Shown here one piece after another: positions 11,491 through 20,257 of a DNA stretch of 64,000 bases. The position numbers and the translations under genes were made by a program. The notes under the pieces were generated by a model. The model was not told the origin of the DNA and did no database searches. It saw only the letters and a list, made by a program, of their open reading frames with translations. The stretch covers positions 864,001-928,000 of the forward strand of contig NZ_CP186926.1 of the NCBI RefSeq assembly GCF_049554935.1, written 5' to 3'. This DNA comes from Methanocaldococcus indicus (GTDB lineage: Archaea; AGJL01; Methanococci; Methanococcales; Methanocaldococcaceae). Positions within the stretch are counted from its first letter, which is position 1. Every line of letters begins with the position of its first letter.

Positions 11491-11883
11491 ATGAACGCAT
11501 CAATGAGTGCATCACTGCACAATTTAGCCATACAGGCAATAGCAACTATACACTCTGCACTGAATCAGCCACAATTACCAATAAGAACGAAATTAGAGCT
11601 GATAATTGACAATACAAAATATCTATTGGCGATATCTTCAGCTCTTTTAGAAGAAGAAAAAATAAAAGAATTAAAATCTGACTTAGAAAAAGCAGAAAAG
11701 GCACTATTAAATTTTGAAAAAGTAGAATTAGATGAAAATGAACAAACAATAACAACATATTCTGAGATGCAAGCAAAAATTGAAAGGAAAATCAAAGAAC
11801 GTGAGAAATACATCATAGACACATGTTTGGAAATAGTATCTGAGATTATTAATGCCACAAAAGGGCAGATCTTCTGGCAGTGA
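11491..11883 (+). CDS. Hypothetical helical/coiled-coil viral protein
   Basis: ATG 11491 follows RBS GGAGGTG (the ORF track start of 11443 is likely too long). Confidence 0.7.
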   Translation: MNASMSASLHNLAIQAIATIHSALNQPQLPIRTKLELIIDNTKYLLAISSALLEEEKIKELKSDLEKAEKALLNFEKVELDENEQTITTYSEMQAKIERKIKEREKYIIDTCLEIVSEIINATKGQIFWQ

Positions 11884-11885
11884 TT

Positions 11886-11897
11886 CTCTGAAGTTAC
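11886..11897 (+). promoter_or_regulatory. Element-specific upstream motif CTCTGAAGTTAC (copy 2, before the capsid gene)
   Basis: Followed by TATATAAT and RBS AGGTGA. Confidence 0.65.
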
Positions 11898-11930
11898 TAT
11901 ATAATATAGAGTAGTTTAGGTGAGGCTGAA

Positions 11931-12437
11931 ATGCTTGCAATTGAAGAAATGTTAAGAAATGAGAAAGTAATGAACTATGTGGAAAGCTGGAAAGGAGTTA
12001 TTTCAAAAGATGCCTCTATGAGAAGAAATTTAGAATTGATAATAAGAGCAGTTCAAGGAGATAAAGAAGCTGAAGCTATTCTATTAGTAGATAATAGACC
12101 ACTTCCATTTGCTCCAAATATAACATATGCACAAATGAACAGTTTAGTTATTTTAACAGCAAGAAAAAGCTTAGAGAGGGTTCCAGCAACTGTGGATATA
12201 GCTGTTGCTGGTATTGTAATTTTGGTTGCTCTTATTATTGGAGTTTTAATAATGACACAGGTTAAAAGCACAGCTATGGCTGTGGCAACTGCGAATAATG
12301 ACACTGATGCTATAAACTTGATTAATAGTGTATTCAATACAGGAAAAGCAGGACTAATTATTTTAGCACTGTCAGTTCTCGTTTTAGGAGCTGTAGTTAT
12401 AATTGGATACTTGAGAGGTATTGGGGGAGGTAGATAA
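11931..12437 (+). CDS. Putative major capsid protein precursor, spindle-shaped-virus (VP1-like) type
   Basis: About 85-aa soluble N-terminal region, then two long hydrophobic helices joined by a polar linker with an NDT sequon. ATVDIAVAGIVILVALIIGVLIMTQV resembles mature SSV1 VP1 as recalled. Confidence 0.75.
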   Translation: MLAIEEMLRNEKVMNYVESWKGVISKDASMRRNLELIIRAVQGDKEAEAILLVDNRPLPFAPNITYAQMNSLVILTARKSLERVPATVDIAVAGIVILVALIIGVLIMTQVKSTAMAVATANNDTDAINLINSVFNTGKAGLIILALSVLVLGAVVIIGYLRGIGGGR

Positions 12438-12439
12438 AC

Positions 12440-12505
12440 ATGGCTAGAAAAAGAACAAGAACAAGAAGGAAAAAGAAATCTGGAAGAAGGAAGAAGAGGA
12501 AATAA
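12440..12505 (+). CDS. 21-aa protamine-like Arg/Lys peptide (not in the ORF track)
   Basis: MARKRTRTRRKKKSGRRKKRK*; RBS GGAGGT upstream; 2 nt after the capsid stop; T-rich tract follows. Confidence 0.7.
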   Translation: MARKRTRTRRKKKSGRRKKRK

Positions 12506-12530
12506 GTTTATTTGATTTTTTTATTTTTTC
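12506..12530 (+). terminator. Oligo-T terminator-like tract after the capsid and basic-peptide genes
   Basis: GTTTATTTGATTTTTTTATTTTTTC. Confidence 0.45.
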
Positions 12531-12572
12531 ATACTTTCTGAAATTCTTAATTTATAAAGTAGGTAATTAATT

Positions 12573-12887
12573 ATGATAAGCTTAACACTTTACATTCTTC
12601 TTTGGATTTTAGCGTTAATATTCTTTGGTGCAAGCTTTCTAACTTATGGAGGGAAAAGAATAATTTTCAATGTAATATCATTCATTCTATTCTTTATAAT
12701 TGCTTTAATAGTTGATGTTACTACAGTTCAGGCAATAGAAGTTAATAATACAATACAATATGCCAAAATACACATTGAAGGAGTCAGTATTTTTCAGTAC
12801 ATTAGTTGGATATTTCTAAGTATAACAATAATTAGAGGTATTCAGCACGCATATCTGACATTTTCAAGGTCAAGGGGGGATGAATAA
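12573..12887 (+). CDS. Small viral membrane protein (3 TM)
   Basis: Three hydrophobic segments; stop overlaps the next start. Confidence 0.7.
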   Translation: MISLTLYILLWILALIFFGASFLTYGGKRIIFNVISFILFFIIALIVDVTTVQAIEVNNTIQYAKIHIEGVSIFQYISWIFLSITIIRGIQHAYLTFSRSRGDE

Positions 12888-13306
12888 TGGATGAGATTGA
12901 CGCACTGAGAGCACAGATTTTTTCTATGCTTAATCAATCAACACAAGAACAAACTCAACAATCTTTAAAAGACAATTTTGTTTATTTTGCAGCGGAAGCA
13001 TTTGAGATAGACAAGGAAACATTAAAAAAATATTGGGGTTTTCTCAACAAAGACATAACAACTACAAACATATCTGAAAAATACATAGAAGAGCTTAGAC
13101 TGTTAGCTACAGCTGTTTATCTTGAAGAGTATGAGACAATTCCTACTTCAGAATTAGCGGAAGACCACAACAGAAATTTTTGGAATCTTGATGTAGCAGT
13201 TTTAACAAGAGCAAGAAAATCTATTGGAGGATTTTTAATTAAGAAAGCAACTGAAAAACATATATCAATACAAGGTAGTGAAAGAGAGGAAAAAAAACTC
13301 TGGTGA
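12887..13306 (+). CDS. Hypothetical viral protein
   Basis: 139 aa, TAATG-coupled to the previous gene. Confidence 0.7.
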   Translation: MDEIDALRAQIFSMLNQSTQEQTQQSLKDNFVYFAAEAFEIDKETLKKYWGFLNKDITTTNISEKYIEELRLLATAVYLEEYETIPTSELAEDHNRNFWNLDVAVLTRARKSIGGFLIKKATEKHISIQGSEREEKKLW

Positions 13307-13310
13307 GTAA

Positions 13311-14249
13311 ATGGGAAAAAGAGATACTGAAGTTTATAAATATATATCAGGAATTAAGGACATAAAAATACCAGCAATCTTTAAAATATTATTTCTCCCA
13401 ATATTTGGTATTTTTCTTTCCTTAATTGGTTTTTATTTACTTTATACTAAATACTATCATCTGAACATAATAATTTTTGGATTAATGATAATTATTTTTG
13501 GAATTTTGGCTCTTATTTTTATACTTATTAGAGCATATGCCCCAGAGTTTGTTCTTGAACTGATAAAAATTAAATTTTTCAGGAAGGCTAATGAATGTAT
13601 CATATTTTTTGTTGATGAACTAGGAATAATGGACACTTCAGTGGGTGAAATAGACTTTTCAGTTAGGGAAGTGAAAGATAAAGCAACAGGATTAAGATAT
13701 GAATTTTCAGATGAAGATGTTGTGTATTTCAATAGAGTTCCTGTCTTATTTGTCAGCGGGATTTCTGGAAGGGCAATTCCAGCTAAATATGTGAATTCTC
13801 TCAATTTACTGAAAGATTTGGGATTTAAGACTGTTAAGGATGTCAAGAGATTTATTGAAGAGCATGAGAAAAGAATAGGTGAGAAATTAAAAAGACTAAA
13901 CAAGTTAAAATCTGAGTACCAAGTTCTAAAAGACGAAAATATAAAATTAGAGATTGAGAAGTTGGAGAAAGAGTTAGAACAAGAAAGAAACTTAATAAAA
14001 GAAATTGAGGATGCCATATCAACGATTCCTGCACAAACAATGAAACTTAAGAATGTTGTTAAAGTTTTAGGAAATGAAAATCCTGAAATTAAGATGGCAA
14101 AAGCCCAGAGGTTTTATTTAGCAGGATATATCAGAGGACAGAAGGATGAGGGATTTATTCAAATTCTTAAGTGGATTACTATAATTGCAATAATTTTAGC
14201 AGCCCCGACAATAACATATGTTATTGTAAAAGCGATGGGCGGGTTATAA
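13311..14249 (+). CDS. Viral membrane protein with coiled coil (2 N-terminal TM, 1 C-terminal TM)
   Basis: Hydropathy pattern and heptad-rich central region. Confidence 0.75.
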   Translation: MGKRDTEVYKYISGIKDIKIPAIFKILFLPIFGIFLSLIGFYLLYTKYYHLNIIIFGLMIIIFGILALIFILIRAYAPEFVLELIKIKFFRKANECIIFFVDELGIMDTSVGEIDFSVREVKDKATGLRYEFSDEDVVYFNRVPVLFVSGISGRAIPAKYVNSLNLLKDLGFKTVKDVKRFIEEHEKRIGEKLKRLNKLKSEYQVLKDENIKLEIEKLEKELEQERNLIKEIEDAISTIPAQTMKLKNVVKVLGNENPEIKMAKAQRFYLAGYIRGQKDEGFIQILKWITIIAIILAAPTITYVIVKAMGGL

Positions 14250-14944
14250 TGCTTCCTAAGCTTGAAACTATTGACTTTTACACAGGAGAACGGATTGAAT
14301 ACATCACATATGATGAATTAGAATATATTTGCAATGGGTTATGGAGCCAGTATAGGATATTGGAAGGGAGAAAGTCAGGATATAGACTATTAAGAGCTTG
14401 CTTCATATTCTCATTTTTATTTTTTACAGGGGCGAGAATTACTGAATTTTTATTATCACAAAAATTCTGCATTGATTTTGAACAAATGAACTACTATATA
14501 CCGCAGTTAAAGAAAAAATACTGGAAGAAGCTTCCAGATGACCCTTACATTGACCCTTATGAGAGATTTGAAAACGGGTTAATTAAATATGTTGAAATTC
14601 CAATTGACCATACTCCAAAACACCATATAAAATATTGGAAAGAATGGCTAAAAAATAGAGATGAAGAAGATTTCTTAGTAGATATAAAAGAGAGACAAGT
14701 TAGAAATGTAATTTATAAGTATTCAAAAGAATATTTAGGGAGAAAAATACATCCACATGCCCTTAGACATTCATTAGGTGTTTATTTGACTAATGATTTA
14801 AAACTTCCAGCACAGGATGTTCAAAAAATCATGAGGCATACCAATCCCGATGTGACTTTTAGATACATAAGATTGAAAAATATTGATTTAAAGGAAAAAT
14901 TAAAGTCAGTAAAGGGCAGAGATAATGAAGAGCTGGATGACTGA
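14249..14944 (+). CDS. Second tyrosine recombinase (catalytic domain only)
   Basis: TGARITE, HALRHS, MRH and TFRY motifs; ATG 14249 overlaps the upstream TAA; 231 aa with no N-terminal core-binding domain evident. Confidence 0.85.
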   Translation: MLPKLETIDFYTGERIEYITYDELEYICNGLWSQYRILEGRKSGYRLLRACFIFSFLFFTGARITEFLLSQKFCIDFEQMNYYIPQLKKKYWKKLPDDPYIDPYERFENGLIKYVEIPIDHTPKHHIKYWKEWLKNRDEEDFLVDIKERQVRNVIYKYSKEYLGRKIHPHALRHSLGVYLTNDLKLPAQDVQKIMRHTNPDVTFRYIRLKNIDLKEKLKSVKGRDNEELDD

Positions 14945-16331
14945 AATATACAGAACTTATAGGGAAGAGCAAGGGTTTCTAAACAGGTATGATTTGATTA
15001 AACACTGCATATTGTCAATTGCTGAACTAATATACCTCATATCCACGGGAGAGGTTAAATATCCTCCTCAGGAGATTTATAAAAGAATTACAAACTCTGC
15101 AAGAATCCTATGCGGATGGGCAAATATTTCATATGATAGTCAATTAGATACATTTGGAAATATAGCAAATGCTGTAAAACAGATTAGAAAACAAAATATT
15201 ATTTTTACACAGTTAGGAAAAGCAGATATTCTATTAAGAACAATTAAATATGTTATAGATGCTGTTAATACTACAGATTTGTATGAATTAAAGTATATAG
15301 CCTCTAATTATCTTTGGGCAGTGTCTAATATTGTGTATGATATTAAGGTAGAGAGACCACAAAAAGGGCAAAACATATCAGAATATATTGAGAATTTGAT
15401 AATTGATTATTATAAGCATAATGTATTGCCTAAACCCGTTGAGGTAAGATGGGTAGATTTAAAAAAAGACAATGAATTTGCAAAGACAACAATCTTTGAA
15501 GACATTTACACAAGAATTGAAAGAAATACAAATAACTTAATTTTCATAGAAGGAGAACATGGAGTTGGGAAGAGTTATACAGCACTCGCTTTAGCTATGG
15601 AAATAGACCCAGACTTTGAGCCAGAGAAGCAGATAGTTTTTGATATTCCGCAGTTTATAGAAAGATGCAATGACATGAAAAGAAAAAACCTAATTGGGAA
15701 AGTTATTATATTTGATGAGGTAGGAGCAGCGGCATCTGCTTTAACAAGCTGGGAATTTGAGAACATCTTATTTGATAGATATTTACAGCTTTTTAGGTAT
15801 CTGAGATTGACAGTAATTTTTACATCGAGAGATATCTCAGATACTATAAGGAGATTGAGAAAAAGAGTTACTCATTACATTGTCATGGAAGAACCGCAAA
15901 AATGTGAAATCTACAAAGTGAAAAGTAGATTTAACATTTCAAAAGACAAATTAGAAGTTGATTATGAGCCATACTACTATGAGGACGACTATAACATATA
16001 TCTATTGAAATTTAATGTTCCAAGAGTTTCAAAGGACATTGCAGAAGTCTATGAAAAACTAAGAGATAAGAATGTTACTTCAAAATACTTAGAGAAAATT
16101 GAAGAAGAAATTAAATTACTAAAGAATGACAAACTATTGTCAGATATGGCAAAGGAATTCATTGAAAAATACATAGAAGATGAAGAGGCATATATACAAA
16201 AAGGAAGAAGCAAAGGAAGGATTTCTACTGCTTATTTATCAGAAAAGTTTGGAATTGGTGAAAAAACAGCGAGAAAATTAAGAAACCTAATAGAAAAAAT
16301 GCTGGCTAAACAGCAAAATCAAGAAACATAA
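14925..16331 (+). CDS. P-loop ATPase, putative genome-packaging/morphogenesis ATPase
   Basis: Walker A GEHGVGKS, Walker B IIFDE, downstream Arg-rich motifs and C-terminal HTH-like segment. Confidence 0.8.
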   Translation: MKSWMTEIYRTYREEQGFLNRYDLIKHCILSIAELIYLISTGEVKYPPQEIYKRITNSARILCGWANISYDSQLDTFGNIANAVKQIRKQNIIFTQLGKADILLRTIKYVIDAVNTTDLYELKYIASNYLWAVSNIVYDIKVERPQKGQNISEYIENLIIDYYKHNVLPKPVEVRWVDLKKDNEFAKTTIFEDIYTRIERNTNNLIFIEGEHGVGKSYTALALAMEIDPDFEPEKQIVFDIPQFIERCNDMKRKNLIGKVIIFDEVGAAASALTSWEFENILFDRYLQLFRYLRLTVIFTSRDISDTIRRLRKRVTHYIVMEEPQKCEIYKVKSRFNISKDKLEVDYEPYYYEDDYNIYLLKFNVPRVSKDIAEVYEKLRDKNVTSKYLEKIEEEIKLLKNDKLLSDMAKEFIEKYIEDEEAYIQKGRSKGRISTAYLSEKFGIGEKTARKLRNLIEKMLAKQQNQET

Positions 16332-16344
16332 TTTACGCTTTTTT

Positions 16345-16356
16345 CTCTGAGGTTAC
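16345..16356 (+). promoter_or_regulatory. Element-specific upstream motif CTCTGAGGTTAC (copy 3)
   Basis: Followed by AATATAAT and RBS AGGAG. Confidence 0.65.
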
Positions 16357-16378
16357 AATATAATAGTAGGAGATAAAA

Positions 16379-16750
16379 TTGCAAGTTCAATATGTAATTT
16401 ATATAGCTTATTTGGCATATTTGGCTTATGAAGATTATAAATATAAATCAATTAGAGTCATTGATGGAGCATTATTTTCATTAATTTTCACAATTATAAA
16501 TCCTGAAAATGTTCTAATCTCAATAATCTTTGCTTTAATGTTGTATGTCCTTAGATTGTATGGAATTGGAGATGTGTTCGTAGTTATAGCTACTGTTTCA
16601 ATGTTTGGGATTGATGGGATATTCGTGGTTTTAATCTCATTGCTCTTAGCATATGTCTTTGGAATCATTATTAGAAATAAAAAGATTCCGTACATTCCAA
16701 TGCTTCTTGTTGGTGTTATATCATGGCAGTTGCTCCAGCTATCTATCTGA
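16379..16750 (+). CDS. Prepilin-peptidase-like (A24, GxGD) intramembrane aspartic protease
   Basis: YEDYKY (first Asp), GIGD and C-terminal IPYIP in a multi-TM protein; TTG start. Confidence 0.75.
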   Translation: MQVQYVIYIAYLAYLAYEDYKYKSIRVIDGALFSLIFTIINPENVLISIIFALMLYVLRLYGIGDVFVVIATVSMFGIDGIFVVLISLLLAYVFGIIIRNKKIPYIPMLLVGVISWQLLQLSI

Positions 16751-16968
16751 TTATTGAATTTATAATTATAGCTATTGTGTATTGGATGGTTACTCCAGTT
16801 TTTAATTATTTTATACAATTAGCCCAGATAAACGGGTGGACTCCTGAAGTTACGAGTGTTATAGTCTGGGTTTGGAAATTATTTCCACTAATTTTGATAT
16901 TTGGAACAATAATAGGATATTTCCTTTGGGTCTCAAGAAAAGATGTCACTTCAGGACCAATAGTGTGA
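16723..16968 (+). CDS. Two-TM small protein, possible minor capsid protein (VP3-like)
   Basis: 81 aa hydrophobic hairpin architecture like the capsid protein. Confidence 0.5.
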   Translation: MAVAPAIYLIIEFIIIAIVYWMVTPVFNYFIQLAQINGWTPEVTSVIVWVWKLFPLILIFGTIIGYFLWVSRKDVTSGPIV

Positions 16969-16972
16969 TATT

Positions 16973-19471
16973 ATGAAAAAAATAATCTTCACAATACTAC
17001 TTACTGTACTGTTAGCTTCTGTTTATTGCAGTGATTTCAAGTACTACAAAGACTTTATTTTTTATTCTAAATCTTCAGGAGAAGGTGTTTATTATGTAAC
17101 TCTAAATGTTTCTGGGGAACCGGTATCCACTGATTGGTATAGGAAAATAAGTGTATATGATTTAGACAATAATATCACACTAAAAAAATATGTTGCAATT
17201 ATAAATAATACAACAGTTAGAGTGTATTTTCTAAAAAATTGGAAAAAAGGTTTAAATTTTGTTAGAGTTTATTATGATAGTGATATAATTACAGAAGTTC
17301 CAGATAGTCCAGATATATTCACATTTATTGATGATTTTGAAAATTCAACAAAATTTAAAGTGTTAGAAGGAAATGTATCTTACTATTTTAAGAACTCAAC
17401 TATAACAATTAATTCTACTACATTATCTAAACTTTCACCAAATCTCTCAGTTTCTGGAAATTATACAATTTCTTGTAAAATTGTAAATTTTACAGTTCAG
17501 AGTTACCCATATTGGATTGAGGATACTGGCTCTAACTATTACATTTGGACAAAGGTAAATATCAGTGCAAATTCAAACATTACATTGTATATCAAAAAAG
17601 TGGATGGTTATCATCCAGATGGAGATAGTGTTTTCTTGTTTTTTGATGATTTTGATGCGGATAGTTTAAACAACAGTATATGGAGTGTATATGGAACGTC
17701 ATCAACGACAGTAGACATCGTAGATGGCTGGCTTAGATTACATCCAGATAAGGAAAATAGCAATATAGGAGTAAAGCATTACTGTTCTTATTCAAATGTT
17801 AGAATTGGCATAAAATACAATTATGTTGCTGGAGATGGATGTGAAATTCCTTATTTGGATATAGATGGGAACAAAATTTCTCTTCCAAAGACAAGCTATC
17901 CAAATGATTCTGCGACTGGAACTCAAATTCATTATTATGAAACCGGAAGATTATCAATATCATCATATATTGGATTGCTACAAAGTAGAGCAGGGTGGGA
18001 TGGTGAAACAAGATTCGATTACATCTTCGTTAGAAAATACGCAGACAAAGAACCAACGGTTTCAGTTGAGCAAATATCCACAGATACTTGGAAAGTTACC
18101 ATAACAAACCCTAACGATTATGATTTAACTGACTTCCAAGTAAAAATAAATGGAACTGGGATTGTTAATTCAAAAACAGATAGTTTATTAATAAGTAACT
18201 ATAATGGAATATTTTTTGCCAACGAAACAGTTCCAAGTTATCTAGGAATAATTGACATTGATGTTTATAACAATACATTCATAGCTACAAAAAACAATGA
18301 AGAAATTATAAAAACTGGCGTTATTAACAATACAACAGGTATTTTTGGAATATCTCTTTTAGGTAGTGCAACATACGATTGGTTTTTAGTTTATAAAAAA
18401 TTCCCTGTGTTACTCATTGCAACTTCATCAAATTACACAACTGAATTAATTAACAAAACAATTACATTATATAATGAAAATAACAAAACAACATATTTTT
18501 ACTCAAAATTAGATAAAATAGATAGTAATCTAACATTAATATTCTCAAATGGTTTAGTATCAAAAATATACACAATAACACCAGAAAACTATAATTCTAC
18601 ACTGAATCTTGAAGTTCCAGTTTTTGGGGAATTGACTGTTATATATAATGGATGGGTTAGAAAATTCAGCTATGGTATGTATGATGAAAATATAAACGTA
18701 ATTATCCCAACAAGTGATGTAGTGTCTTGGTATATAAGACTTGATAAAACTTCTGATGTAAGAATTGAAGATACCTCTGGAAACGTGCTTTCAGAGTATA
18801 AAAATACATTAGGATTTGAATTTCCAGCAATAGTTGGGAGAACATACAGAATATATATAAATGGAAAATTAAAGGATGAAAAAACAGCAATCTCTAATGA
18901 GTATGTTTATTATCAGACATCAGGTAATGTTGGAGAATTAACGATAGTTAATAATGTCTCTATACCTCAATCTGTAGATTTAATTTATAATTCAATATAC
19001 AAAAATGGCACAATTAATATTAATTATTCAATATTACAAAATGTTGAAACTTCAATAAAAATAGAAATCTACGATGATACAGGAAAGTTATTATATAACA
19101 CAACTGTTCAGGCAAGTAATCAGATTAATTCTCTCAAAGTTTATGTTGGAAATTCTTCAACATATTATAGAGTTGTTTTAACAACTGCAGACGGAAAGAA
19201 ATATGTTTCTTTAGTTTATACACCTAACTCTACAAATACTGGATTTTCTCTTTTAGAAAATTGGAAAAAGTGGATTAGTATATTGATATTGTTCATTACA
19301 TTAGTTACGTTCTCATATATTGATATTGAAGCTGGGACAATAGCAACAATCTCTATGATGCTATTTTTAGAACTAATTGGTTTCTTAGATTGGATGGATA
19401 TAAAACTAAAGTCAGTTCTATTCTTCCTTCTTCTGGTACCTCTTGGACTTAAAATAAAGAGGGGATGGTGA
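16973..19471 (+). CDS. Large secreted, membrane-anchored adhesin-like protein with DUF2341/ConA-like domains
   Basis: Signal peptide, PYWIE...IWTKV...VFLFFDDF motif, many N-x-S/T sequons and three C-terminal TMs. Confidence 0.8.
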   Translation: MKKIIFTILLTVLLASVYCSDFKYYKDFIFYSKSSGEGVYYVTLNVSGEPVSTDWYRKISVYDLDNNITLKKYVAIINNTTVRVYFLKNWKKGLNFVRVYYDSDIITEVPDSPDIFTFIDDFENSTKFKVLEGNVSYYFKNSTITINSTTLSKLSPNLSVSGNYTISCKIVNFTVQSYPYWIEDTGSNYYIWTKVNISANSNITLYIKKVDGYHPDGDSVFLFFDDFDADSLNNSIWSVYGTSSTTVDIVDGWLRLHPDKENSNIGVKHYCSYSNVRIGIKYNYVAGDGCEIPYLDIDGNKISLPKTSYPNDSATGTQIHYYETGRLSISSYIGLLQSRAGWDGETRFDYIFVRKYADKEPTVSVEQISTDTWKVTITNPNDYDLTDFQVKINGTGIVNSKTDSLLISNYNGIFFANETVPSYLGIIDIDVYNNTFIATKNNEEIIKTGVINNTTGIFGISLLGSATYDWFLVYKKFPVLLIATSSNYTTELINKTITLYNENNKTTYFYSKLDKIDSNLTLIFSNGLVSKIYTITPENYNSTLNLEVPVFGELTVIYNGWVRKFSYGMYDENINVIIPTSDVVSWYIRLDKTSDVRIEDTSGNVLSEYKNTLGFEFPAIVGRTYRIYINGKLKDEKTAISNEYVYYQTSGNVGELTIVNNVSIPQSVDLIYNSIYKNGTININYSILQNVETSIKIEIYDDTGKLLYNTTVQASNQINSLKVYVGNSSTYYRVVLTTADGKKYVSLVYTPNSTNTGFSLLENWKKWISILILFITLVTFSYIDIEAGTIATISMMLFLELIGFLDWMDIKLKSVLFFLLLVPLGLKIKRGW

Positions 19472-19869
19472 TGAACTATTCAAAATATCTTCTATTTATT
19501 GTTACTGTAAATATGATAATTCCTCTGTTATCCACGTCATATGACATAAATTATAACTCTGGAATAATGCAGATGTTTCAATCAACACTATTTAATGTTC
19601 AGAGCAGTATAGAATCATTCTTTAGTTCAGAAAAATTTTCAGCTATTGATGCTGCTTTTGCTTCTGTTTCTCTTATTGTGAATGGTGCCCTTCTCATAAT
19701 TCAATTAGTTGCATTTGGTCCTCTACTTACTGCTAATGTTATCAATACTATAGCTGGATTTACCCCAATAGTTCAGCCACTTACATCAATATTTACAATA
19801 ATATCTTACTTGGCATATGTTATGATAATTTGGGACATATTCTTTAGAAATAAAACTCTAACAATGTGA
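19465..19869 (+). CDS. Viral membrane protein
   Basis: Several hydrophobic segments; overlaps its neighbours. Confidence 0.7.
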   Translation: MVMNYSKYLLFIVTVNMIIPLLSTSYDINYNSGIMQMFQSTLFNVQSSIESFFSSEKFSAIDAAFASVSLIVNGALLIIQLVAFGPLLTANVINTIAGFTPIVQPLTSIFTIISYLAYVMIIWDIFFRNKTLTM

Positions 19870-20252
19870 AAAGTGAAAATATGGAAAATATAACTCTTCC
19901 AAATTCTACTGAGATTGTCACTCCAGTTGCAAATTTTACAAATTCAACAATATTAAACACTCTTAAAAATACAAGCGTTTCACATCCCCTTGATTTCTAC
20001 TATAATCTAACCCATTCATTTTTTGAAGCTGGTTTTGGAAATTACTGGGTTTTCATCATTTGGTTTGTTCCTACTGTTACGATTGCCATAAGAACAAAAA
20101 ATCCTGCACATATTGCGTTCGTATCTGCTCTTACTTCAGCAGGAACTGCAACTCTTTCTTCGTCTGGACCTATTCAATATCTTATGATATTCATAACTAT
20201 CATCTCAGTGATTTCTGCAATTGCATACTATTACTACTCTGGAACTGGGTGA
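19866..20252 (+). CDS. Viral membrane protein with N-glycosylation sequons
   Basis: N-x-S/T-rich N-terminus then 3 TM. Confidence 0.7.
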   Translation: MKSENMENITLPNSTEIVTPVANFTNSTILNTLKNTSVSHPLDFYYNLTHSFFEAGFGNYWVFIIWFVPTVTIAIRTKNPAHIAFVSALTSAGTATLSSSGPIQYLMIFITIISVISAIAYYYYSGTG

Positions 20253-20257
20253 GCAAA

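Noticed and set aside
14171-14248. N-terminal extension of the second recombinase
   Set aside because: Lies within the upstream gene; the TAATG-coupled ATG at 14249 is more plausible.
20060-20257. Cys-rich N-terminal extension of the radical SAM ORF
   Set aside because: Overlaps the upstream membrane gene in another frame; the RBS supports ATG 20258.
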